DNA of 64,000 nt from Pseudogymnoascus verrucosus (taxonomy: Eukaryota), in assembly GCA_001662655.1 (NCBI GenBank), contig KV460243.1, one strand, 5' to 3'. The translations under genes were made by a program, and so were the position numbers. Positions 1 through 13,030 of the stretch are shown here, in pieces (the stretch's first letter is position 1; each line of letters begins with the position of its first letter). A model generated the notes under the pieces. It saw nothing but the letters and a program-made list of their open reading frames with translations. It had not been told where the DNA came from and searched no databases.

Positions 1-1
1 G

Positions 2-214
2 ATCTGTGTTGGCACGCTGGATGAGGAGTTTCTGGTCGGGCGACGTGGGCCGGGGGGGAAGGTGATCCCCGGGACGGGGTTTGGGTCTTTGCTGGGACAC
101 CCTGAGGGCAGGATTCTCTGGGCGGAAAATGATATCATAGGAGTCACGGATCGGCTGACTGGGGTGAGGTATCAGAATAACAGTGCCAATGAGGTCAAGA
201 TCAAAGAGCACTGA
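2..214 (+). CDS. 3' end of a probable GFA/Mss4-like (glutathione-dependent formaldehyde-activating family) protein; truncated by window start
   Basis: Open frame ICVGTLDEEFLVG...LGHPEGRILWAENDIIGVTDRLTGVRY ending at TGA 212-214. The pattern resembles the C-terminus of fungal GFA-family proteins. Not in the ORF track because the start lies outside the window. Confidence 0.55.
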   Translation: MCVGTLDEEFLVGRRGPGGKVIPGTGFGSLLGHPEGRILWAENDIIGVTDRLTGVRYQNNSANEVKIKEH

Positions 215-902
215 TCAACTAGGCTTGGAGGGGAGGCAGGTTTAAAGGAGGGGGGAAACGGAAAAGGGAGAGGGATCGAGTAATGGCTAACTGAGTGAGG
301 GCTCTCCAGATGCGGGATGCTGACTCTGGTGTATATATCACCGTAGACTCTATCTTAGAGACACCCCGAACCGCATCCCCCGCGTTTCACCATCCCGTTC
401 ACGAAGAGAAAAATCGGCGAAGGGCGGCGCCCAGCGCACTTACCGACATCGGACGTGCGGCTGCGGCGCCACGGGCCTGGTCCGCAGCTACTCTAGAGAT
501 AGCAGGTGCGGCCAGATTGGCAGGGAGGGCCAGGCACACCGCTCTCAATGGGCATGGGGGGGTGGGGGTGTTACCGTTAGAGTTTGGGAGCGAAAAGGGG
601 GGAGGGGGGGTTCGGACTTGGGTCAGCAACGGTCCGACTGGACAGTACAGCTCTACGCTATCTATGTGCTGCATAACACATGGGTGGGAGAGGAGTCAAC
701 TCCATGCCAATGCCGAGTAGGGGGGATGTGGAGCGAAGATGCAGCTTTAACTCCGATCACAAGTCACGTTACAGAAATTGAGTCACAGAAAAAGTGACTA
801 GCGTATCTTTCTCCAATTCATAACATCTACTACACGCCGCTAGGGCAACATAAGGAAAATCCAAAGACAGTGTATATATTGTTACATGCGCCGCGTATCC
901 CT

Positions 903-3662
903 CTAACTGAACTCCTTCACCTCCTCGTCCTCCTCCAGCATCTGCCGGAAGCTGAACGGCTCGAACGCAATTCCATCACCCATGAAGTGCTTGCTCATCG
1001 CCTCGACCCAGTGCAGACGCAGCGAATGCAACATGGCGCTCGTGCCCTCCATGACGACGAGCACGCAGACACTGAGGAAGAACCACATGTAGAATGTTAT
1101 GACAAGGGTGATAACTCCGCCGATACCGGTTGAGGTCAACCCGTTGTTAAGAGTCATGGACCACAAAACAAGGGAAAGCTGTTGATGAGCGAGCGAGAGA
1201 GCCCAGAGACGCAGGTAGGACGCCGTGTGGGAAACGCAGTTAAGGCAGAATTCTAGTCTCTGTTAGAGTGGGCAAATTAGAAAGGGGAGGCTTGCTTACC
1301 AATAGTGTGGATAACTTGGTGGATCATGACTTCGCCAAACTCGAACTCTTCGTGGCCTTCACCGTCATTGTCAATGCCCTGAGTAATCATATCGACACCC
1401 TCCGTCTCACTAGCAATGCTAGCACGACGGTCATCATCGTCTCCATCGAGAGCGCTGATGCGCGACGTCTCGCCGATTCCGCGGTAACCCTTGGCGCGGG
1501 CCTGGTTATGCTCCCAGCGCAGATAAAACGGCTTGAGGAAGAGGAGGATGGGGACCTGGATAATAGCAATGACAACGAGGAAGTTCTGAATGATCTTCTG
1601 GTACGTTCCGTCACCGTATAAAGGCACATCAATCTTGTCGGGTTGGAGGAACATGTAGATCAACATATTCAAGAGTCCAGGTGGGTTCCTGTGGTTAGGC
1701 GCTTGCACGCCGGCAGGCCAGTCGTCGGGTGCAAGCGGGTACCAATCGGTTGACCACTTGTAGACGATGGTGAACACAAGGTATCCGAAGATGGATTGGA
1801 AGAAGATCATGCCCGGGATGAAGTTACCCCAAATATCGATCGGGGACTTGAAGCGACGGGCGTTGATATAGGAGAGGCACAGGGAGTAGGTCATGTGGCA
1901 CCAACCCATGAGGATACTGAGCTTCATCTTGTAACTGTTTGCAAAAAGAAGCTCGTTCTCAGCTCCGTGCCACATCCAGTCAAGACCGAACGGGTATCTG
2001 TGTCCATCGCGATTCAGATGCGCTACGACCGTATCCCCTTTCTTGAAGTCTGTAGGCCATTCCCATGCAGACGAGAAGAGGGACATCGATCGCGAAAAGA
2101 TATCGTTGTAAATGAGACCGGTATACATAGAGAAGATTCCCATCATAAGCATGATATAGCGTCCATAGTAAGCCATCGTGAACAGTTCGTCCCGAACCTT
2201 CTTCAGTGGCTTTTCCCAGTAGATCATGGCAGCTGCCGCACAGAACATGATGAAGCCATGTCCAAGATCACCGAACATGACGGCGAAGAGGAATGGGAAG
2301 GTGACGATAGTAGGAAGTCCAGGGTTGACTTCGTGATACTTCGAAGTACCATAAGCGTTGATAATGGTCTGGAAGCCCTCCGTGAATCGGTTCGTCTTTT
2401 GGAGAGTCGGTGGTGTCTTGTTTGTCCTAATCTCATTGATGATAGATGGGACAGCTAGACCGGCCCGGTTGTTGACATCTTGAAGGGCGGCCTTGATCTG
2501 AGGGAGGGAGTTTGACGGGCACCAAGCTTCCGCAATAAGCGTCTTCCTTGCATGATCATAGGATAGGAGGTTGAGCGTTTCATAAACAGCCTTCTCCTTC
2601 TTGATGATCACAATCCAAGCGGCCAAGCTGCGAGCGATCTGTGTCAACTCAGCATCGAGGGTTTGCTTCGTGTTTCGCAGGACGCTGCCAAGATCACTGA
2701 GTCGAGTGTTGACTTCGTGAATCTGGTCTCGGCGGAGGTCGCTGTTCTCGTCCACAGCGTATAAATCGGCTCCCAGGGACTCGGAGATCTTGCGGATCTT
2801 TGCGATAATCTCCTTTCCGTGAGCAAAAATGACGAAGACATTCTTATCCACGCTTTCGTTGTTGGTCGGGTCGACGAGGGTTTCGGGGATCTCGGACTGG
2901 TTCATATATAAGTTGCCGCGGAGCGTACGCCACAGGATCCTCTCGAAAGCTGCAACACGTTCGCGAGGGATGACACCGGAAACAAAGCCGATGTTCATGA
3001 TCGAAAGAGATCGCTCGCCAGCGTCGCCATTTTGTGGGTGCTGTTCCACATCCTGGAGTAGAGGCGCATCGTCATCCTGATCGATAGACGTCCGAAGTTC
3101 ATCAACATTGCCATGCGCCCTGTCAAAGAATCCTCCAGCCTCTTTCAACACCCATCTCCACTCAATCAGCTCCACCTCTCTCTTCTTCAGCGTCTCGTAG
3201 CTATCGTTTAGCGAGGCGACCCTTTGCTCGAGGCTTTGGCTTCGATCGGAGAGCTCGTCGATTTCGGAGGTAGATGGCGCAGCCAGGGACTCGATATCCA
3301 AATCCAGTTTTCGTAGAGGAATTCCAGCCTTCTCCATCTGTGAGTGAAAGTAGCCTGCTTGTGTCAGCGATTATCTCCCCAGAGGTTGCCAGGGGACATA
3401 CGAAGCTGTCGCTCCACGTTATCCAACCGCCGGATCTCCTGTGTGAAGGTACGTTGGAAGGCCGACGTTTCCGAGTTAAGCTGAATGAATCATCAGCATA
3501 TAAGCCACAATTGTCTCCCTTGGCAATACTCACGTCGCGGAATTGGATCTGTCCAATCTCGCCCAAAGCGTTGATGACCTCCCTGCCTATCTCGTTGGCG
3601 ACGTACAGTTGCACCATGCTCATGTCCACCGAGCGGAACATGGTATCCTTTGCTGGCGCCAT
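903..3662 (-). CDS. vph1: V-type H+-ATPase V0 subunit a
   Basis: N-terminal [52 protein letters not shown]. Exons about 3662-3534, 3480-3402, 3354-1300 and 1252-903 with GT-AG introns. Confidence 0.97.
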
Positions 3663-4125
3663 GATGGCGAAGAACCTCCACAGGCCGGCTCAGAGAAAGG
3701 AGCTTGAGAAGGGAAAGGTATCGAGATGTGAGGGGTGGTCCTTGAAGCTTCGACCAAAATGCAGTGATGGTATCCGTTGCAGTAACTGTAGCTACCTAGC
3801 GGATAGCAGATGACTAAGCCGCCACAACCAATCAGTCACGGGAACCCGTGACTTACAGTATCAAAATTCATGTGATCTCCAGGAGGCACAGTTATTATCA
3901 TACATGAGAAATACTACTTTATAGAGTTGGAAACAGTATTATTTATGAAGTTGGTTTTTACAATCTAACTCTGCTCCCATTATTTTCGACATCTATACAT
4001 AATGTATCTATACATAATGTAACTTGCAATATATTTCGTTACCAACAGTGTCGAGTAAACACGCTCCGGGCGCCAAACTTGCTATGAAATCCAGAACTGT
4101 GTGGGGTAGTACCGGTATCATCTTC

Positions 4126-5317
4126 TCAATACATCTTTGCTGACTTCGGTCTCGTTTTAACAGCTCCCCCCTCCTTGTCGTCACCATACTTCCTCTGCCA
4201 CTGCCATTCAATAAGAACAGGCAAGAAGTGTCTCAGGCTGAACTCCGGCCAGTAGCAGTCTAAAAATCTAAGCTGCGTGTCTTCGTGACATTGCCAGAGC
4301 ATGAAATCACTAAGGCGGTTCACGCCGCTTGTCCTGATCAGGAGATCCAGGGGCGGGTTTCCGGCAGTAAACAGATGCGCCTCGACCGTCGCAGCGGTGA
4401 TGCTCTCTGGGTCCGGATACGTGGGCTCCTCTGGGTTCGGGAGATCTGAACTCGACACAGAGTCAGGGTGGAGCGTCGCGCTTGAGGAAATGGAGTCATC
4501 GAGCTCGTTTCCAGCTGAAGGGACCTCAACCCTCGTGGGAGATTCCTGGCGGGGCGGCGAGGAGGAGGTGGATGTGAGGTTTCGGGACCGAAGTTTCTGG
4601 GCAATACGCCTTTCGGAAAACGGACGCTTTGGGGTGGGGAGAGGTGTGGATAGCTCGTCAACCGTGGAACGGATCGCGGTTGTGATCTCATCGCGGGAGG
4701 TGTATGGGAAGCAGATATTAAGTATGGCACTGAGTCAAGTTAGCTGACCGTAGATCTTCCAGAGAGGATGCGGAATAGACGAACTCTCCATTCCCTCGTG
4801 TAACTTCGACTGCATTGTTGCAGGCCTCGAGTATATCGGGCCTGATCAGGTCGCGCTGCCCCAATATCCTGATGCTTGCTCCGTATTGATCCAGTAGCTC
4901 CCCATGCTGTGATATTTGCGCCAGCTTGACTTTGAACAAGTCCATCAGCGCATCGACCTCGTATTTCGACCTTTTAAAGTTCTCGATGCTGAATGCGTAG
5001 ACTGTAATAACTTTGACGCCTAGCTTGTAGCAAACTTCGAGGATCTATGCGCGAGTTAGTATGGCCATACCCTGGCTGAGAGAGCGCTCGCAAACCTTAG
5101 CTAAAGACTCGAAGCCCAGGTTGTGTCCTTCCGCAGTCTCGATCTTGTGGCTCCGCGCAAACCGACGGTTCCCATCCATAACGAATGCGATGTGCTGGGG
5201 AACTGGTCCCTGGCTTACGGCGCCTATGAGCAGCTCGCGCAGCTGGTTCATTCCCCATTCAACTGGCGGAGAGGAGTACACCCATTTCCGCAACTGATTG
5301 AGATGCATAGACGTCAT
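4126..5317 (-). CDS. rer2: cis-prenyltransferase (dehydrodolichyl diphosphate synthase, Rer2/Srt1 family), spliced
   Basis: PQHIAFVMDGNRRFAR, VYAFSIENF, DLLIRTSGVNRLSDFMLWQ and YWPEF motifs spread over three exons, with a Ser/Pro-rich insert. Confidence 0.93.
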
Positions 5318-5767
5318 GTTGGCGGATGCGTCTTGCTCAGGCCGTCCAGGTCTTGGAGTTGAGGAGGTCGAGATAGCAATTGGGCATGCGGTTCGAAATG
5401 CGTAGTGCCAACAATCCTCTGGTAGTTTATGTTAAAAAGCGGTTATTGCGTGGTCATGAAGAGTTGTCAAAGTACTTTACGTGGACTTTTTGAAGTTGGC
5501 GAGGCTGGGGGATGAGAGGCAATATGTGGCTAAGCCTTACGCATACGACACCCTCGGGTAAGCCCGTACCCGACATCATCGACTGTGGCCTTGGTGATAT
5601 GTGGCAATCAACAGGTATCTTCAAATCTCACCCCCCACCGCTATTGCGACTTTCCCCTACCACATAGCGGGCTCAACTTCACATAAGCTCATCAGCAGCT
5701 TCTTACCTTCGTATGCGGTCGCATTGAGCTGCGCTCGGCGACATTGCGCATATCAGTTTCACCCACC

Positions 5768-6671
5768 ATGCACTCCTCAGGTTTTGCTGGTGCGCCTGTG
5801 TCCCGCAGCCTCGTCCTGGGAATCATAGCCGCGTCCATATTGGTTTCCGTCACTGATATTAAGTACTACTTTTGGATCCAAGTCGATCCGCACTTCTGGA
5901 AGTATGGTCAGCTATGGCGCGCATTTATATATCAGCTCTGCTACACCAACTCGAGCGAGGTTCTCATGGCTGCCATGACCCTGTATAGTCTGCGGGGCAT
6001 CGAACGGCTCTGGGGTTCGCGCAAATTCGCCGTAAGTCCTCTGCTCTAATAAAGCTGCCGGTTACAGGGTGGTTGCATATACGTACATGGCTAATTCAAC
6101 GCAGTCCTTCCTCCTCGTCCTCTTCCCTTTAACAGCGCTCCTGCCCCCAATCATACTCGCCCTGGTCATCCGGCCCCTCTCGTTCAACAAAATCAACTAC
6201 CTCCCCGCCGGCCTCACCCCTCTTATATACGCCCTCCTTGCGCAATACTATGCCGCTATCCCCCACACATACAAGTATCGCATCGCCGCGACTCCCACCC
6301 CACCTCCCAATGCGCCGTTTACCGGCATTACCTTCTCGGACAAGTCATATACCTATCTATTGGTAGGCCAGCTTGCTCTGGCTCAGTTTCCAGGGTCATT
6401 ACTCGGAGCTGCGATTGGTTGGGCGGTGGGATATCTCTGGCGGAATGAAGTCTTGCCTGGAGTGATGGTTTCCTGGCGCATTCCAGGGTGGATGGTTGGA
6501 ATTGCACCACAAAAGCGTGGAGAGGGGTTTGAGGGACTCAGGAGGAGGCTAGAAGAGGAGAATACAAATGCTGCCGCTGCCACAGGCTCAGATGGCCGTC
6601 AGGGAGGGAACGTGGCTCCGCGAAGGACGTTAGGAAGGCAGTTAGTTGACCAGTTTAGAGGCGCGTTCTAG
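5768..6671 (+). CDS. dsc2: Dsc2/UBAC2-like rhomboid pseudoprotease (DSC E3 ligase complex subunit)
   Basis: MHSSGFAGAPVSRSL...QLWRAFIYQLCY...ERLWGSRKFA|SF with several TM helices. One intron about 6032-6103. Divergent from the prenyltransferase gene. Confidence 0.8.
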
Positions 6672-7319
6672 ATGGCTACAGTAGCTATAGTAGAGTTAAT
6701 CATGACAATAAGAACCAATTAAGTATTACACGGACAATAAGGGGTGAAATTGGGACTCAATAAATATTCGAATATGATAGAAAGTTTCATGATAAAATGT
6801 TTAATTCTATGCCAATAAATTAATTATCTACACAAAAAAGCAACCAATTAATTCAATTAAATGAGTTTATAATAACTAATTAAATAGTAGCAAACTCCAC
6901 TTTATATCCTAATATTATATAATTATTTTTGAATCTGTGGTACACAAATATTTCTTTTATGGTGCTATTCACGTACGTACCTTGAAGCTATCAATGCTGG
7001 CGCGGCATTGTTATCCGTCCGGTAAATCCAACGGTGTGTTTGCACTGAAGACAAACACACCTTTTGGTTGCGACCATCAGCCCTCCCATTCCCGCCCTTT
7101 ACCCTCTCTTGTTCCAGCGCAAGAAATTACCCATGATCCCATGAATTCCATGGTGAATTATCGCTCTTCTCTATGCTTCATACTCAAAGAATAACAGAGC
7201 AGAATACGTATCTCTGACCTTCGTTATTATCGACCACATCGTCGCACACAGGAGCTTCCCGATAACCTCTGCCCTCCACCAGACGTCGACCATCATCGAA
7301 ACACAACTACCAGAACACG

Positions 7320-9524
7320 ATGAGGACGGCACGACAAATGCCCCCCGATACATCATCGGGTCGCAGGGCCCAGCCTGTTCGCCAGACTCGAGCAAACCCA
7401 CCAAGAGCTCATAGTGGCCTCGGGCGCTCATTCGGCGCTCGCGATGCCTCCGGACGCATTTCCCCCGACGAGGAGGAGCAGACCGAAATCTTTCCTGCGA
7501 TCACACATTTCACCGACGCTATAACTGCATTGCCTAGAGAGCTTGTTCGACACTTCACACTGCTCAAGGAAGTTGATGCGAAAATTTTTGCTCCAGAAGA
7601 GGCGCTGGTCCAACTCGTCGAGACCGCCCTCAACCACCCACTACCCGCACGATCACAATCTACAGACAGACTACAAATCACAGACTCAACTCCAACCCCA
7701 GGCAGTGTCCCAATGAGCGTCAATGGCTCAATTGCAACTGGCCGAAATACTTCCATGCTCGATGACACCGACAACCCAGATCGCGCGACCGCGGTTTATG
7801 ACGCAGACAACCTCCCTCGCCGCCAGCTCTTCCGGCAATGCGCCTACACAATGCAAGAGATGCTAGTATCCCTCGACGAAAAGAACCACGTCATCTCCAC
7901 TGCGACCGAGGCCCTTGATAAGCACCTCGCGAGGTTGACCGACTGCCTTCCTTTCGTCGAAGGCGAGATTAGCGAAGAGGCGCGACACGGCAACACAAAG
8001 CATTGGGCATACACCGAGAACAGGGTCGTCCCCAAGCCGAACGAGAGATCAAGACGCGAGAATGCGAATGTCAACCACCTCACAAATGCCGCTGCTGCAG
8101 CTGCGGCCGAAGAAGCGGCAGCCCGCAGCGACGCCAGGAAACAGGCGATGCTTGCGAAGAAAGGGCGCCAACAGCTTCCCGAGTCGGACTTCGATGACAA
8201 CACCGATCACCGCAAGGACAATAAGAGGCCCCATGGCAATACAAAGAAGGGCAGACCGGCCGAAACGTCGAATTCTGCCACTACAAATAGTGGCGGGGCG
8301 CACGCCAATCCACCGTCGAAGAGGCGCAAGGTCGACAAGGGACCGAATGGAGGAGCAGTTATGGAACGATCAATTAGTAGCGTCTATGGGAGCAATGGAG
8401 TTGGTGCTAAGGGCAAAACCAACAGCCCGCGCGGTACACCCCTTCCCGACTCGAAGAAGCGATCGAAGGCGGCGGCAACTACGAATGGCCAGCCAAGGAA
8501 AAGGTATGTCACCCAATGGAATGCGAATAACTCACATGCTAATATTGATCGCTTAGGACTGCTGCGGCGAACTCCAATGTCATGTCACCCAGACTTGCAT
8601 CCTCTCCTGTCCGGAACGTGCAAGAAATCAAGAACAACCGAAACTCCCCCCCTCTCGCCAACGGCCGACCCACCGCCATGCGAGCACGACAGAACTCCCT
8701 CCAAAACGTCGTCGACTCCTCTCGCCCGCGCGCATCCTCATCCGCATCAATCAAACCCAACGGCATCAACACCTTGCCCGATGTTACCAACGCCGCCAGC
8801 GTCACCGGCCGCCCCATCCCCGAAATCAAAACAACCATGAAGGAAACCGCCGCCAACACCAAGGGCGAACACGTCCTTGAAGACGCCGACCCCACCGACT
8901 CTGCCATACGCGGCGGCCTCCTCGTTGGACCCCGCAAAGACGGGCCACTCAAGCACGAGGACCTCGAGTCGGCCGCCGACGCTGCGCAGACTGTACAGAC
9001 CGTCACGGCACCACCCGTCATGACGAAGAGCGGGCGCGCGAGCAAGCCTTCTACGCCTGCTATGCCGACGTTCGCCGAGCCCGTGCGCGCGGGTAGTAGG
9101 CGCAACACCGTTGATGGCGGAGCGGCGAAGAGGTCACATAAGAAGGGTGCAGGACAGGCGGCGCTGCTTGTTGCTGCGCAGCCTGCTGAAGAGGACGCGG
9201 CGAATAGCGTGCTGGGCGACGCGGAGGACGATGAGGAGGTGGAGGTTGATGCTAATGAGCCAAGGTACTGTTACTGCAATGGTGTCAGTTACGGGGAGAT
9301 GGTGGCGTGTGATAATGATGCGTGTGCGAAGGAGTGGTTCCATATGGAATGTGCGGGACTGAAGGTCGCGCCGAAGAATGGTGAGTTTCCCCTCCCCCCC
9401 GCTCTCTCTCTGTCTATGTCATGACGATGGTGATGGAGACGGCTTGCTAACACCGCCAGCAGCAAAATGGTACTGCGACGACTGTAAGGAGAACATGAAG
9501 AGCCGGCGTTTTAATGGGCGGTAG
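7320..9524 (+). CDS. ING-family chromatin protein with C-terminal PHD finger (Pho23/Yng2-like)
   Basis: N-terminal ING domain (FTDAITALPRELVRHFTLLKEVD) and PHD finger EPRYCYCNGVSYGEMVACDNDACAKEWFHMECAGL...KWYCDDC. Introns about 8504-8556 and 9381-9462. Confidence 0.92.
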
Positions 9525-9666
9525 GCTAGCTAGGCTGGTGACGGAGATCCCAGACCAGACCCCTTCTTCAACGATATGGATTGATCGGACACACACGGCG
9601 TTTTGTTATTTGGCTGCGGAACACAGGCCGGCGGCCGGCTCTTCTACTCTGGCGCTTATAGGGCGA

Positions 9667-9724
9667 AACACACACACACACACTCACACGGTATATAGAG
9701 AAGGGAAGGAAAGGAAAGGAAAGG
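9667..9724. repeat. (CA)n and (GGAAA)n microsatellites in the ING 3' region
   Basis: acacacacacacacactcacac followed by ggaaggaaaggaaaggaaagg. Confidence 0.7.
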
Positions 9725-10484
9725 AGGGTTCGCTGGGATGAAAATAGGGAAACCTGGATACTGTTTGTGTCTATAGTTGTGTCTTCTTTTCCTGTGTTTT
9801 TTTGTTTTTTGAGTGGATTTGTTTTTGGGAACGAACCCCCCCCCAGCGCAGACGCAAAGTTCCGTTGTGGACAGGATATAACGAGAGTAACGTAAATAAG
9901 TTTTTTCTGCACAGCCCACTGCAACAGACAGACAGATCAATACATAATGACCAGTATATATCGTCTTTCTCCATCATGCATCGTGCTAGAATATAACACC
10001 ACTGCTGCCTTCCTGCGCCTATCCATACCGCCAAGCTCATGTCAGCCAGCTACTCCTCTGGCCCCCCGCCCCGCCCCGCTCCGCTGCCACGTCAAAGTTA
10101 CGGTTACCCCAGATTCCCGCCGTCCGTTCCTGAAATGGCGTGTCAATGCGCTGCACCCCTATGCGCCGCCCCGCCGTCCTATCCGCTGTAGTCCCCCGAC
10201 CGAAGCGGGAAATTATGTCAGGGCAGCAAGCGCAACGGGATGGTAAGACCAACGACGGCGGTCTCGACTTCAATCTCCCATTCATATGCGCCTTTCTTCC
10301 TCTAATACCCACCCACGCGCTTTTGTCGCGATATCTTGCGCTCATAATCGATAACCAGTGAACGAACAAGAGGAAATAGGTAGCGACGGATTGAAGCGCC
10401 CACCACTACAGCAGCGCGCGCAAACCGCGCAATTCACTCCCTCACCCACTCCACGATCCAACACCACCGCGCCAAACCACCACA

Positions 10485-11282
10485 ATGGCAACAGCAGACC
10501 CCTTCGCCAACCCCGCCTGGGAAGGCAACTCCCGCCTCCCCACCCACCCAGCGCAATCATTCCAATCCTCCATCGCCCCCTCCACCGACGCGGAGGAGAA
10601 AGCGCTCGAGATCGGTGCGCCGCCGTACGCAGCAGCGGCGCCTACGTATATCCCCCCCCCTCCTGCGGCGGCGGCGGCGCGGCCGGGGTTGAAGGAGAGG
10701 TTTGATGGGGTTATGCCTTCGCACAGACGGTATATGGGACGTAGTCGACGGACGGTGTTGTTAGGTGCTCTAGGACTGCTGGCGTTACTTGTTCTTGTGC
10801 TGGGATTGGGGTTGGGCCTTGGGTTGAAGAAGGGGGGTGGGGATTCGTAAGTGCACCTTCCTTTTGAGGGGTTGGATTTTTGGAGACATGGCTAACGCGA
10901 TGATCTATGTAGTGCCGCTCTACCACTCCCCGGAAACGCAACACCGCACACAGGCGACTTAACCTACTACTCCCCCGGCCCGGGGTACGGGAGTTGTGGA
11001 TTCGAAAACAACGCCGATGACCCCATCTGCGCCGTCTCTCACCTCCTCTACGACGCGGCCTCGATCTCAGGGAACCCTAATGAAAACCCGCTCTGTGGAC
11101 GGAAGTTGCGAGTGACGCACACAGACGCCAGGGATGGGAAGACGAGGAGCGTGGATGTTAAGGTTGTGGATCGATGCACGGGGTGTAAGGCGACGGATAT
11201 TGATCTTAGCCCTGGGATGTTTTTGAAGCTGGCGGCGGAGGAGGAGGGGAGAGTGGTGGGGACTTGGGCGTGGTTGGATTGA
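10485..11282 (+). CDS. Single-pass membrane protein with RlpA-like double-psi beta-barrel (expansin-like/Asp f 7-like) domain
   Basis: TM segment VLLGALGLLALLVLVLGLGLGLGL, intron about 10847-10912, then GDLTYYSPGPGYGSCG...NPLCGRKLRV...VKVVDRCTGCKATDIDLSPGMF...GTWAWLD; stop TGA 11280-11282. Confidence 0.9.
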
Positions 11283-11401
11283 TGATAATAGTGTGAAGCG
11301 AGCGAGCGAGCGTCGTCTTTTAGGAGTAAATGGAAACTTAATACCCTCTCTCTCTCTGTACTATACACCCCTTTCCCTCCTCCCCTCCGTCCCCAACAAA
11401 C

Positions 11402-12229
11402 TCACTTCCTAAACCTCCTAAACGCCTCACCCACCCCCATCCCCCCCGCAACCGCCTCCTTAACCCTCCCATCCGCCTCCCCCAGCCCCGGCAAAAGCGC
11501 CAACACCTCCCCCACCCTCTCAGCAGGAATAACCACAACCCCATTCCCAGGATCCGCCACCACCACATCCCCCGCCCTAACTGTCACCCCTCCAACTTCA
11601 ACAGCTACATCAACAGCATGCGCCTTCACCCCTCCTCCACTCCCTACTGTGGATGTGCCTAGTGACCAGACGGGTAACTCCACCTCCCTGATCTCCGCCA
11701 CGTCGCGGACGCGACCATGTGCGATCACGGCGCGCACACCACGGTATTTAAGTCGCATCGCCAAAATCCCCCCTAACATCGCAGCATGCGACACCGGCCC
11801 CGATTGGATGAGAATCGTATCCTCCCCCACGAGATCCGTCCAGTGGCTCCCGGCGGGGATATTTGAAGGGGGAGCAGGGGAAGGTGTAGATGCTGGCGCT
11901 GGGGGGTTAAGAGGGAGGTAAAGCAGTGTTGATGCCAGCGCGACGAGGGGGGATGATGAGGGTGGGGGGGAAACGGGGGAGAGATCTGGGATGAATCCGC
12001 CGTGGGGGAGGGAGAGGGCGAGGAGGGCGTCGGAGATGTCGCAGGCGGTGTAGGAGGCGAGGGTTGTGAGGGTGGAGGGGGGGATGGGGGTGGTCATTTT
12101 GGAGGAGAGGCGGGTGGTGGTGGTGGTGATGGTGGGTGGAAAGCGGGTTGTGAGAGGTGGGATGCCGATTGTGGTTGGTGTGAGGTTTCTGAGGGTGTAG
12201 AGACTTGGTCGAATGAGCGGTTTTGGCAT
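11402..12229 (-). CDS. RraA-like protein (HMG aldolase/oxaloacetate decarboxylase family), possible mitochondrial presequence
   Basis: TACDISDAL, AMLGGILA, GRVRDVAE and VRAGDVVVADPGNGVVVIP. ATG at 12229 begins an Arg/Thr/Ser-rich leader without acidic residues; a downstream ATG (MTTPIPP) is an alternative start. Confidence 0.88.
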   Translation of the reverse strand: MPKPLIRPSLYTLRNLTPTTIGIPPLTTRFPPTITTTTTRLSSKMTTPIPPSTLTTLASYTACDISDALLALSLPHGGFIPDLSPVSPPPSSSPLVALASTLLYLPLNPPAPASTPSPAPPSNIPAGSHWTDLVGEDTILIQSGPVSHAAMLGGILAMRLKYRGVRAVIAHGRVRDVAEIREVELPVWSLGTSTVGSGGGVKAHAVDVAVEVGGVTVRAGDVVVADPGNGVVVIPAERVGEVLALLPGLGEADGRVKEAVAGGMGVGEAFRRFRK

Positions 12230-12959
12230 TGGGTGGCTTGGAGAATTGGAGGGGTTGAGGCTTGGAGAGTGGTGGTGGTGGAGGAGGAGGGAGGGGAGTG
12301 GAGGGGGAGTATCATATGGCGATAAGATCTGATAACCGAGGTGGCAGGGACAGCGGCGGCGGTGACGTTTGAAGGTGGGGAAGTGGAGGTGGATCACGTG
12401 CTAGAGAGGGTTGGAGGTGTCTTTTCATGGTTTATAGGAGGGGAAATAATATACAATAGTATAGGATGTTGATATATGTTAGTATAGAGATATTACGTGT
12501 ATGGTATGATATGTTTAATATCAAACTTAGTCTGTACGGCTGGCTGGCTCTGGACGTATAAGCTTTCATGCCCTGGCTCTCACGCGTCATCCCGTCAGCG
12601 AGTTTATATGTCCCGATTTGGAAATCCATACTGAAAGTTTAGTAAGGGATGATGATAAGCTCAATATAATCACATACATCTGCATCTGTAAAATCCCACT
12701 GATTAGCTTCGAACGCCTCGAGAAGATAGGCTGGTATATATATTGGGGCATATTGCAGCACCCTCTCCATCCATCCTGCACGCACATGCAATGCATATGC
12801 AGGCAGAACATCGTTTGAGGAGACATATTGCTCTACTCATATTGCTCTACTTCATTCGTACCATATCGTATCGTATCGTATCGTGTTATATCCCTTTCAT
12901 CTATCATGCAGATGCAGCAGAGCCCTTTGAGAAAGCAGACAACTGGTGTTGTACTTGTG

Positions 12960-13030
12960 ATACTTCTCATACTTCTCATAATTCCCCGTCATTCTCACAC
13001 TTCTCACCCTTCTCATACTTCTCATCCTTT
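12960..13030. repeat. Degenerate 9-bp tandem repeat (CTTCTCATA-like)
   Basis: tacttctcatacttctcataatt...cacttctcacccttctcatacttctcatcc. Confidence 0.55.

Noticed and set aside
295..720. ORFs and a hairpin between the GFA-like gene and vph1; considered as ncRNA (SRP, RNase P, telomerase)
   Set aside because: No recognisable family motifs or telomeric template; the ORFs are low-complexity and unrecognised.
12002..12325. Gly-rich ORF antisense to the RraA-like gene
   Set aside because: Reverse reading of C-rich Pro/Thr codons and 5' sequence.
12645..12705. Possible C/D-box snoRNA (ATGATGA...CTGA)
   Set aside because: Only about 55 nt, with no terminal stem and no recognisable rRNA guide.
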